Virus record (IMG/VR): IMGVR_UViG_3300049601_000003
Span: 1-25,319 of that record
DNA from: a virus
Taxonomy: Duplodnaviria > Caudoviricetes
DNA length: 25,319 bases
Direction: 5' to 3' (one strand)
Numbering within the stretch: the stretch's first letter is position 1; each line of letters begins with the position of its first letter. The position numbers and the translations under genes were made by a program. The notes under the pieces were generated by a model. That model made no database searches, was not told where the DNA came from, and saw nothing but the letters and a program-made list of their open reading frames with translations. Shown piece by piece: positions 7,735 through 15,336 of the stretch.

Positions 7735-8294
7735 CTGAAGACTTCATGCAGAGCGAGCTCACGGCTCAGGCTGCCTCGGTGCTATTCCATGCCGCCGGCT
7801 TGGATGTCACAAATCCACACGGGGCGGCTACGCCTGCACGTTTCGTGCGGATGCTTCAGGAGCTCACTACCCCCGAGCCGTTCAAGTTCACGACGTTCCC
7901 GGCTGAGAGCCAGAACATGATCATGCTGAAGGACATCCCGTTCTCCAGCGTGTGTAGCCACCACGTGATTCCGTTCGTGGGATACGCTCACGTGGCCTAC
8001 GTTCCGAACAAGCTCATCGCCGGACTCTCCAAGTTCGCGCGCCTGATCAAGGCGTCGTCGCGTAGCCTTCAGGTGCAGGAGAGCCTCACGATGCAGATCG
8101 CCGACGGCATCGAACATCATCTCGAGCCGCTCGGTGTCGCTGTCATCATGGAGGCAGAGCACCTGTGCATGACCATCCGCGGCGCACAGTCACCTGGCAC
8201 GAAGACGCGTACTGCTGAGATGCGCGGGGTCTTTGCTGATCATGCGAAGACGGCGAAGACTGAGTTCCTCAGCTACGTCAACGGAGGTAAGTGA
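7731..8294 (+). CDS. folE: GTP cyclohydrolase I FolE
   Basis: TPARF, IPFSSVCSHH-x2-PF-x-G-x-AHVAY-x-P, GLSKFAR, LQVQE-x-LT and AEHLCM-x2-RG. Confidence 0.96.
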   Translation: MTEDFMQSELTAQAASVLFHAAGLDVTNPHGAATPARFVRMLQELTTPEPFKFTTFPAESQNMIMLKDIPFSSVCSHHVIPFVGYAHVAYVPNKLIAGLSKFARLIKASSRSLQVQESLTMQIADGIEHHLEPLGVAVIMEAEHLCMTIRGAQSPGTKTRTAEMRGVFADHAKTAKTEFLSYVNGGK

Positions 8295-8950
8295 TGCCAC
8301 TACCCTACCAGCCCGTTCGTCTCCGGTACGGCTACAAGCCCGGCAGCGCCTACCAGGCCATCCCCTGTGTGGATACTGCAGTAGTCATCGGTGAGCCCAC
8401 GGACATCTACTTCGACGAGGACCTCACCGACCCGTACTCGCACCACGCCAACAGTGGTGGTATCTCAATCATCAACGGCCCGGCTAGCCCCAACGGGTAC
8501 TGGGTCGACGGTACCATCTCCCTGTGGATCCGCGACCTCTGGTCGCCGAACAAGGATCACCAGACTGAGTTCCAGGTTCGCCTCCGTAAGTGCACCGTCC
8601 TACCTGACATCGACGGTGTCGTCAAGCCGAACGGTCAGTCTGGTCCGACGCTCAATACGAACAGTACGCTCTTCTCGGACGAAGACTACGGCCCTGTCCA
8701 CTACGACGACCTGCTCTGGGATGCTAACGGCAACGTCTCGCCCGACGAGCCATCACACACCCCCGTCAACAAGCACTACATGTTCGAATTCAAGTGTGAA
8801 GAGGTGAACGCGAACGAGCGCCTGCGCGTGGCGATCAGTCAGTTCCACTCAGCGAACGCCAACGGCAACTTCCTGGTGCCCGGATACGACATGCCCTACC
8901 CGGGCTACATCTGGCGTGCGCAGGCACGTCTCAAGGCCTGGCCCCGGTAA
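8291..8950 (+). CDS. hypothetical beta-rich protein (219 aa)
   Basis: Long ORF with typical codon bias that overlaps the folE stop; no catalytic motif recognised. Confidence 0.75.
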   Translation: MMPLPYQPVRLRYGYKPGSAYQAIPCVDTAVVIGEPTDIYFDEDLTDPYSHHANSGGISIINGPASPNGYWVDGTISLWIRDLWSPNKDHQTEFQVRLRKCTVLPDIDGVVKPNGQSGPTLNTNSTLFSDEDYGPVHYDDLLWDANGNVSPDEPSHTPVNKHYMFEFKCEEVNANERLRVAISQFHSANANGNFLVPGYDMPYPGYIWRAQARLKAWPR

Positions 8951-8952
8951 CG

Positions 8953-9126
8953 ATGGATGAAATCGAAGTCGACACTGTTATAGTCGTCCAGAGTGACGGT
9001 AGCGACTTCGAGTTCAATACCAAGCAGTGCCCGGGGATGGGGGCCTACCTCGTCCCCGGGCTGTCGGAAGACAGCTGCACACTCTGGATTACCATCCCAC
9101 TCAAGAGAGGGCATGACACGACATGA
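8953..9126 (+). CDS. hypothetical protein (57 aa)
   Basis: Hand-translated MDEIEVDTVIVVQSDGSDFEFNTKQCPGMGAYLVPGLSEDSCTLWITIPLKRGHDTT*; fills the gap and has an ATGA overlap with the next gene. Confidence 0.55.
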   Translation: MDEIEVDTVIVVQSDGSDFEFNTKQCPGMGAYLVPGLSEDSCTLWITIPLKRGHDTT

Positions 9127-9434
9127 CGCTTCAGAACCTCGCCAAGCAGGCCGGAGAAGATGGTCACAGGTGGTTCCCCGAGGTGCAGCACCTGCCGCAC
9201 CAGGTGCTCAGCCTCGCCGGGGAGGTTGGCGAGCTGGCCAACCTGGTCAAGAAGGTCGACAGAGGTACGGATACCTTCGATGACCTTAGGCATCAGATGA
9301 TCTCCGAGCTCATGGACGTCTTCGTCTACGCGTTCGCGGCGGCGGCGCTTCTGGGCATCAAGGACCTCGACCAGATGTATGCCAACACGCGGAACCTGAA
9401 CGAGCTGAGGTTCAACAAGTCCTCCATCATATGA
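9123..9434 (+). CDS. MazG-like nucleoside triphosphate pyrophosphohydrolase
   Basis: LSLAGEVGELANLVKK...ISELMDVFVY gives the ExxE...ExxD metal-binding motif of all-alpha NTP-PPases. Confidence 0.85.
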   Translation: MTLQNLAKQAGEDGHRWFPEVQHLPHQVLSLAGEVGELANLVKKVDRGTDTFDDLRHQMISELMDVFVYAFAAAALLGIKDLDQMYANTRNLNELRFNKSSII

Positions 9435-9796
9435 TGGGTTACGAGTTCGAACAGTACGCCAACAAGGAGGACGAGATGCCCGAACAGCCGAGTCTTGCGC
9501 AGCTGATCAACGCTGCGAATAACGAGTACGATGAGCGTACCCAGGAGCGTCACGACGAGGGTGCAGACAAGTACGGGCCGCTGAAGTTCCTCACCGTCAA
9601 CACTCTCGAGGAGGCCATGCAGGAGGTTCTCGACCTGGGCAACTACGCTCGGTACACGTACATCAGACTGTGGCTGCTGAACCACATGCTCGACGATGCC
9701 TACGGTGAGGACGCCCCTCAGAACATTACGTTCTACACGAACCGTCCGGACGTGGTGCCGCCTGCAGACATCGAGACCCCGAAGGGGGAGCAGTAA
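9431..9796 (+). CDS. putative all-alpha NTP pyrophosphatase-like protein
   Basis: R-x2-EG-x2-KYG ... LEEAMQEVLDLGNY (E/ExxD..NY), a pattern seen in phage MazG-fold dNTP diphosphohydrolase-like families; coupled to both neighbours. Confidence 0.55.
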   Translation: MMGYEFEQYANKEDEMPEQPSLAQLINAANNEYDERTQERHDEGADKYGPLKFLTVNTLEEAMQEVLDLGNYARYTYIRLWLLNHMLDDAYGEDAPQNITFYTNRPDVVPPADIETPKGEQ

Positions 9797-10572
9797 TGGC
9801 CAAGCTCGCACTGATCCCGCCCTTCTCTCTGTGCGGTGCATCTGTCAGAGATACCCCCGAAGGGTACTACCTCTACCTGCCTCAGTTGATGGGGCACCCC
9901 CTGTACGACAACTTCGTGTGGCGATCGGACACAGCAGTGTCCTACACGATCCTGGACAACGGCGCATTCGAGGGAGTGTCACTCAACGCTGTCGAACTAC
10001 TCGAGCGAGCCGCACAGCTCAGCGTCAGTGAAGTAGTCATCCCGGACACGCTCGGCGACATGGCTTCAACCCTGGACAAGGTCCAGCACTTCGACAAGGT
10101 CACCCGTCGTAAGCGGATCGAGCTTCTCGAAACGTACCAGGGCATGAACTACATGGCAGTCGTTCAGGGGCGTACGTACGAAGAGCTGGTGCGATGCGTC
10201 GCTGAGTTCACGAAGTACCCCTTCATCACTACGATCGGGATCCCCAAGCACCTAGTCAAGAGTGTCGACAAGAGCGTCCGCTGTCGACTAGCTGAACGCA
10301 TACAGCGGTCGTACGGAGACATGTACCCCGTACACCTCCTCGGAACTGCTCCGCAGCTCCCGGACGAGATCCTGCACATCAGGTACCTGAACTGCGTACG
10401 TGGTATGGACACATCGATGCCGTACGTGTATGCATACCACGGTCTCGATATCAACGAAGCCCACGAGGACCTCAAGCGTCCTGACAACTACTTCGAACTC
10501 GAGCCTGAAGAGTTCAACACCGAGCTACTTACGCATAACATCACCACCCTAGAAGGATGGGCACATGGCTGA
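9796..10572 (+). CDS. TGT/DpdA-like TIM-barrel guanine transglycosylase
   Basis: Ordered motifs ILDNGAFE (cf. TGT DSGGF), VVIPD, MAVVQG (cf. GIVQG), IGIP, VHLLG and RGMDTS; same transcription unit as queC/D/E/folE; TAATG coupling. Confidence 0.7.
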   Translation: MAKLALIPPFSLCGASVRDTPEGYYLYLPQLMGHPLYDNFVWRSDTAVSYTILDNGAFEGVSLNAVELLERAAQLSVSEVVIPDTLGDMASTLDKVQHFDKVTRRKRIELLETYQGMNYMAVVQGRTYEELVRCVAEFTKYPFITTIGIPKHLVKSVDKSVRCRLAERIQRSYGDMYPVHLLGTAPQLPDEILHIRYLNCVRGMDTSMPYVYAYHGLDINEAHEDLKRPDNYFELEPEEFNTELLTHNITTLEGWAHG

Positions 10573-10717
10573 CCTGGAACTCAAGCTCGTACCCGACGCC
10601 GGACGCATCGCGGATGTGCTAGACATCATGTCGTCGCACATGACAGCTGCTGCAAACGAGCTTCGTGAGTACGAGGCGAATCGGGAGGAAGAGTGCGACG
10701 ACGTAAGCGACTCGTAG
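10565..10717 (+). CDS. hypothetical acidic protein (50 aa)
   Basis: Hand-translated MADLELKLVPDAGRIADVLDIMSSHMTAAANELREYEANREEECDDVSDS*; RBS-like GAAGGA; overlaps the upstream stop. Confidence 0.55.
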   Translation: MADLELKLVPDAGRIADVLDIMSSHMTAAANELREYEANREEECDDVSDS

Positions 10718-10811
10718 AGAAGTTCCTCTGCCCGGTATGCTTTCGACTGAAGCGGTCACCATTTCACCTACTCGTCAAGGCTGTGGGCCTCTGTCCGGGG
10801 GAGAACAATCG

Positions 10812-11144
10812 ATGAGAGACCACTTCACGAAGATCGGTGAGCTGGCCGGGTCGTACGCAACCAGCGTCGACGTGACCACGACGCTGACTGTGCGCACCAC
10901 CACAATCTGTGTGAGCGCTACCCTCAAGCCGCATACGCCCAAAGACTTGCGAGACGATAGCACGGTACGTCAACAACTCTTTGAGTCGGCACAAAAGCTT
11001 ATAGCCTCCGTGGAGGCAGAAGGTTACGTGCACAAGCAGCCACCGGCCATCTTTATTGATGGTGAGGTAGTGAGCTCACTGGCTGAGAAGCCCAGCCACA
11101 TCGTCTCTGGTGTACTCGAACTAGAGCTCGGAGCAAATGCGTGA
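10812..11144 (+). CDS. hypothetical protein
   Basis: ATG at 10812 after GGGGAG, preferred to 10737; GTGA overlap with the polymerase start. Confidence 0.6.
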   Translation: MRDHFTKIGELAGSYATSVDVTTTLTVRTTTICVSATLKPHTPKDLRDDSTVRQQLFESAQKLIASVEAEGYVHKQPPAIFIDGEVVSSLAEKPSHIVSGVLELELGANA

Positions 11145-14100
11145 GTGAAGAAGTCGAAGAGGTCGTCCGAAAGCATCCTGCAGCAGAGTGCGAGAACTGC
11201 CCGTTGCAGAAGGACGGCCTCTTCGTCCCTAGCGACGGACCAGCAAAGGCTCGTATCGCCTTCGTAGGCGAAGCTGCAGGGCGTCAAGAGGTAGACGCTG
11301 GCAAGCCCTTCATTGGCGTAAGCGGCCAACTCCTCGACAAGGTAAACAACCACTACAACATCACCCGTCGACAGGTACTCCTCACCAATGCGACGCTCTG
11401 TAGGCCCCCAGGCCTCGAGAACATGTCACCGCCTGCAGGAGCTATCAAGGCATGCAGGCCTCGACTCATCCACGAGCTGACGGAACGTGGTGTTGAGACA
11501 GCAGTCGCTCTCGGGAACGTTGCTTCGCAGTCCCTGCTCGCCAGTGCGGATGGCGTGACCAAACTCCGAGTCGGACCTGGCAAGCCATCACCATACGCAG
11601 AACACATCCGTGTGGTTCCTACCTTCCATCCCGCCGCGTGCCTGCGCAACCCGGACTTCTTCCCTTCACTCGTGAAGGACATCTCCAAGATCAACCGCAA
11701 GCAGGTTCCCTGGGAGCCACCGAAGTACGTAGTATACGACACTGTATCCGAGGCCATCGCCGTCTTAAAGGAGGTCAAGAACCACACGGGGCGGCGGTTG
11801 GTGATCGATATCGAGACGGACATCGAGAAGGACGTAGCGTACGATCATCCCAACAACTACGAGCTCCTGTGTATCGGTCTTGGTTACGACAAGAAGCGTG
11901 TCGTGGTCATCGAGCGCAACGCCCTTCGGGACTCTCGGGTGTTAGCCGCTCTCGGTGATCTGCTTCGAAGTAAGGACCTGACAGCACAGAACGGCAAGTA
12001 CGACATCGCAGGGCTCTACCCTCACGTCGGAGCACTCGAGCTGAAGTTCGATACGATGCTCGCTAGCTACGCCAAGGACGAACGTCGAGGGGTTCACTCC
12101 CTTGACTACCAGGGTATCGAACTGCTGGGCACTCCTGACTGGAAGCACGAGCTCGACAAGTACGAACCGAGGAAGAACGGCTACGGCGTCATCCCGGTAG
12201 ACGAGCTGGATCGATACAACGCGTACGACGTCTCGATCACCTGGGATCTGCAGGACTACTACGAGGAGCGTCTGAGTCCTGACGAGCGCGCGGACCACGA
12301 TCATCGTGTAGCAGCTTCAAACCAGTTGGTGTTCCTGGAGCTCAACGGGATCAAAATCGACGTTGACTACAACACTAAACTGACTACTGAGTACCTGGAT
12401 GTCCTAGAGGGAATCAAGGACAAGCTAGTCAGACTCATCGACGATCCTGAGTGGTCAGACTTCAACCCAAACTCGCCTAAGCAGGTCAAGGAGGTTATCG
12501 AGGACATCTTCAGTATCAGCATCCCCCTCAAGAGGAACCAGAAGGGACAACCAGCTAAGAGCACCGACGAAGAGACGCTGCGGGGTCTGTCAGAGAAGTT
12601 CGACCCCGAATCACGGGAGTTCGACTTCCTATCAACAATGCTGGAGTGGCGAGAGAATGCCAAGCTCTACGGCTGTGTTGATGAGGATACGCAGATCCTC
12701 ACCCAGCGAGGGTGGCTTCGCTTCAACGAGGTCCGCGAGGGCGACCAGACACTCTCAGTCAACCCTGAGACAGGACTCAGTGAATGGGATACAGTTGAAG
12801 GCGTACATCTGTACCCGGGCAGACACAACCTGGTCTCCTGGGAAGGCAAGACCTTCTCTGCGCTGACTACGCACGACCACCGCTGGCTCACTAACCGGCA
12901 ACCGATCAGGTCCGGCGGACGTCACGGCTGGCTCTGGAAGACGACGGACACCGTACGAAGCAACGACAGGATTCCCAAGGCAGTCCCTTGTGCAGACCTC
13001 CCCACGGTACCGAAGTACCGAGACGAGTTCGTAGAGCTCGTTGCCTGGCTCTGGACAGAGGGTAGTGTTGACGGTCCTGGACTCAACATCATCCAATCAC
13101 ATGCTGTCAACGAGCCCAACGTACTCCGTATCCGACGCGCATTGACAACGCTCTACCCCAATCCCGATAGGAACAGACTCTACTGGTCAGAGCGTCAAGC
13201 GACTGAACGCATCACAGAGTTCTACATCGGTGCCAGAATGGCCAACGAATTCAAGGAGGTGTTCCTCAAGCATAAGGTGGTTAACCCGGAGTTCATCCGA
13301 TCGCTCACCAAGGCGCAGCTCCAACTGTTCGTCGACGTCTCCATTCTAGGAGACGGATGTACAAAGGGAGATGCACTAGACAGCATCTCTCAGGAGAACA
13401 CTGAACAGCTGTTCGCAGTGCAGCTAGCCTGTACCCTGCTTGGTATCTCGACTAGCATCGGCTGGTACAACAACGCCTACCGGATGCTCATCCAGAGGGG
13501 CATCTGGCATCAACCACTACAGGCAGCACGAGGCAAGAACGGACTCGAGATCAAGGAGGTGGAGTACACAGGTACTGTCTGGTGTGTGTCGACACGTAAC
13601 GCCAACTGGCTAGCGAGGCGGAATGGAAAACTCTACTACACCGGAAACACGTACGTCAAGGGAATCCGAAAGCGACTCTACCAAGGTCGTGTGTACCCCA
13701 GTTTCCTTCTTCATGGTACAACAACGGGACGGCTCGCTTGCCGGAACCCTAACCTTCAGAATGTCCCCCGAGGAAGCAAGATCCGTTCTCAGTTCATTCC
13801 AGCCTCCGCGGGGAACGTCTTCGTTTCAGTCGACTACAGCCAAGCTGAGCTTCGCGTGCTCACTTGGCTCGCTCAGGAAGAGTACTTTCGGAGCATCTTC
13901 AACGATGGTGATCGGGACCTCTTCAACGAACTCGCTCCTGTTCTCTATGGTGACATATCCCATCTATCGCCTGCCGAGAAAAAAGAAAAGCGAATCCGTG
14001 TCAAGGCCTACGTCTACGGGCTTGGCTACGGCCGAGAGGCACTCTCCATCGCACAGGAATTCAAGATCGGTGTCATGGAAGCCCAATCCGGTATGGATGC

Positions 14101-14509
14101 TTTCTTTGACGTCATCCCTCACATCGTGGCGTACCAGAAGAGCGTCGAAGACGACATCCGCAGCAAGCGCGTCCTCACTACCCCCTTCGGACGACGTAGG
14201 AGATTCCACCTCCTGACAGCACACAACATCAACAAGTGCATCAAGGAAGGACTAGCTTTCCGTCCGCAGAGCATCAGCTCCGATCTCTGTCTTCGTGCGT
14301 TCACCTGGGCTAGGCCTGCTCTCAGAGGCAAGGCACAACTACGCAACATCGTCCACGACAACATCATGGCCGAGTGCCGTGAAAAGGATGCAGAAGAAGT
14401 CGGTCAGGTTCTCAACGATCTGATGCTGAAGTCCGCACAACAGCTGGTAGGGGACTATGTCCAATTCGCAACAGACACCACCGTCGGAGACAGCTGGGGA
14501 GCCGTATAG
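11141..14509 (+). CDS. polA: family A DNA polymerase: N-terminal family-4 uracil-DNA-glycosylase-like domain, 3'-5' exonuclease, polymerase; contains an intein
   Basis: UDG-like: CENCPL, FVGEAAG, GKPFIGVSG, TNATLCRP, VALGNVA, PTFHPAA. Exonuclease: IDIET, QNGKYD, DTMLA, YNAYD. Polymerase: FNPNSPKQ, TTTGRL..NPNLQN, motif A DYSQAELR, motif B RIRVKAYVYGLGYG, motif C VHDN. Confidence 0.95.
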   Translation: MSEEVEEVVRKHPAAECENCPLQKDGLFVPSDGPAKARIAFVGEAAGRQEVDAGKPFIGVSGQLLDKVNNHYNITRRQVLLTNATLCRPPGLENMSPPAGAIKACRPRLIHELTERGVETAVALGNVASQSLLASADGVTKLRVGPGKPSPYAEHIRVVPTFHPAACLRNPDFFPSLVKDISKINRKQVPWEPPKYVVYDTVSEAIAVLKEVKNHTGRRLVIDIETDIEKDVAYDHPNNYELLCIGLGYDKKRVVVIERNALRDSRVLAALGDLLRSKDLTAQNGKYDIAGLYPHVGALELKFDTMLASYAKDERRGVHSLDYQGIELLGTPDWKHELDKYEPRKNGYGVIPVDELDRYNAYDVSITWDLQDYYEERLSPDERADHDHRVAASNQLVFLELNGIKIDVDYNTKLTTEYLDVLEGIKDKLVRLIDDPEWSDFNPNSPKQVKEVIEDIFSISIPLKRNQKGQPAKSTDEETLRGLSEKFDPESREFDFLSTMLEWRENAKLYGCVDEDTQILTQRGWLRFNEVREGDQTLSVNPETGLSEWDTVEGVHLYPGRHNLVSWEGKTFSALTTHDHRWLTNRQPIRSGGRHGWLWKTTDTVRSNDRIPKAVPCADLPTVPKYRDEFVELVAWLWTEGSVDGPGLNIIQSHAVNEPNVLRIRRALTTLYPNPDRNRLYWSERQATERITEFYIGARMANEFKEVFLKHKVVNPEFIRSLTKAQLQLFVDVSILGDGCTKGDALDSISQENTEQLFAVQLACTLLGISTSIGWYNNAYRMLIQRGIWHQPLQAARGKNGLEIKEVEYTGTVWCVSTRNANWLARRNGKLYYTGNTYVKGIRKRLYQGRVYPSFLLHGTTTGRLACRNPNLQNVPRGSKIRSQFIPASAGNVFVSVDYSQAELRVLTWLAQEEYFRSIFNDGDRDLFNELAPVLYGDISHLSPAEKKEKRIRVKAYVYGLGYGREALSIAQEFKIGVMEAQSGMDAFFDVIPHIVAYQKSVEDDIRSKRVLTTPFGRRRRFHLLTAHNINKCIKEGLAFRPQSISSDLCLRAFTWARPALRGKAQLRNIVHDNIMAECREKDAEEVGQVLNDLMLKSAQQLVGDYVQFATDTTVGDSWGAV
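12674..13648 (+). mobile_element. intein (325 aa) with LAGLIDADG-type homing endonuclease, inserted in the DNA polymerase
   Basis: KLYG|CVDEDTQILTQRGW (block A), TTHDHRW (block B), ELVAWLWTEGS and LFVDVSILGDG (LAGLIDADG-like), VWCVST...YYTGN|TYV (blocks F/G). Removal restores the PolA motif KLYGTYVKG. Confidence 0.93.
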
Positions 14510-14843
14510 CAAAGACGTCTGCAAGAACCCACTTTGCAGAAAGACTAGAAAGCGACGACGCAGCTCCAACAAGCTCGAAGGAGCACTCGGTCTCTGCGAG
14601 AGCTGCTACAAGCGATGGGACATGGCAGGTAGACCCAAGGTAGTGCCACCTGCGAGAACAAAGAAGTTCGTACCTACCAACCCGCCCAAGGCCTACGACC
14701 AGTTCCTCCTAGCAGTTAGGAGGAACCCGTACGACACGGTTGCGGAGCAGGCAATCCGTGTTGGTGTCAGCGAACGTACAATCGAACGCTACAGAGCGAG
14801 GATGAGGAAAGATGCCGCCCAGGAAAAAACGCAACGTCGGTGA
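14457..14843 (+). CDS. putative DNA-binding protein (Cys-rich N-terminus plus C-terminal helix-turn-helix)
   Basis: CKNPLC...GLCESCY putative Zn ligands; TVAEQAIRVGVSERTIERYR HTH. The start is uncertain because it overlaps the polymerase end. Confidence 0.65.
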   Translation: MSNSQQTPPSETAGEPYSKDVCKNPLCRKTRKRRRSSNKLEGALGLCESCYKRWDMAGRPKVVPPARTKKFVPTNPPKAYDQFLLAVRRNPYDTVAEQAIRVGVSERTIERYRARMRKDAAQEKTQRR

Positions 14844-15156
14844 CGTCATCGTCTCTCAGAACGGTTACAGCTACACCTACATCGAGGGTGACGACGGCAA
14901 ACCCATAAGGGTAGCAACTCACCACTTGGTGGGTCTCAAGAAGTATGGCCGCAAGCCCCACGCTGACGAGCGCGTCATCTTCCACGACAACGACAGGGCC
15001 AACCTCAGCCCAGACAACATACTCTACGTCAAGAAGACGGACCAGCTCGCCGCCCTCCGAAGGAGGCGTAGTACCGTGATCGACAAGATCAACGAGCTAC
15101 AGGCTGAACTCGATCAGCTCGAGGATGCACTCGTCAAGGCTGGCGTTAAGCTGTGA
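14812..15156 (+). CDS. degenerate HNH-endonuclease-like domain with C-terminal coiled coil
   Basis: NGY-x-Y...THHLV...GRKP...ERVIFHDNDRANLSPDNI resembles HNH_3 (HRLV..GR-x-L...VHH-x-D-x-D-x2-NN-x3-NL); heptad tail KINELQAELDQLE. Confidence 0.6.
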   Translation: MPPRKKRNVGDVIVSQNGYSYTYIEGDDGKPIRVATHHLVGLKKYGRKPHADERVIFHDNDRANLSPDNILYVKKTDQLAALRRRRSTVIDKINELQAELDQLEDALVKAGVKL

Positions 15157-15163
15157 CCGTCCC

Positions 15164-15188
15164 AGCTCACTCGATCTCTGAGTGAGCT
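15164..15188. terminator. 9-bp inverted repeat hairpin, possible terminator or operator
   Basis: AGCTCACTC-gatctct-GAGTGAGCT beginning 8 nt after the upstream stop; no U-tract. Confidence 0.45.
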
Positions 15189-15300
15189 AGCGCGCTAGAG
15201 ACTTATATAAGACTTTACGAGACGCTCAGAGACTTTCGGAACTAGCGAGGTTAACAGCTTAGCTAGCCCCAGAGGATCTTGAGATTCTCAATAAGTCTAA
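15187..15300. repeat. AT-richer spacer with phased AGAC(TT) repeats and several palindromes; candidate origin or regulatory region
   Basis: AGACTT at 15199, 15210 and 15230, AGACGC at 15220; inverted copy ATAAGTCT at 15291-15298; palindromes CTAGCGCGCTAG (15187-15198), CTTATATAAG (15202-15211) and TTGAGA-T-TCTCAA (15279-15291). Confidence 0.55.
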
Positions 15301-15336
15301 TAAGCGCAGTCCGCACAACTGACAAAGTGGGAGACA

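Noticed and set aside
10718-10811. Possible promoter (TATGCT -10-like hexamer at 10736) ahead of the polymerase unit
   Set aside because: No convincing -35 at 16-18 bp spacing; cannot be supported from sequence alone.
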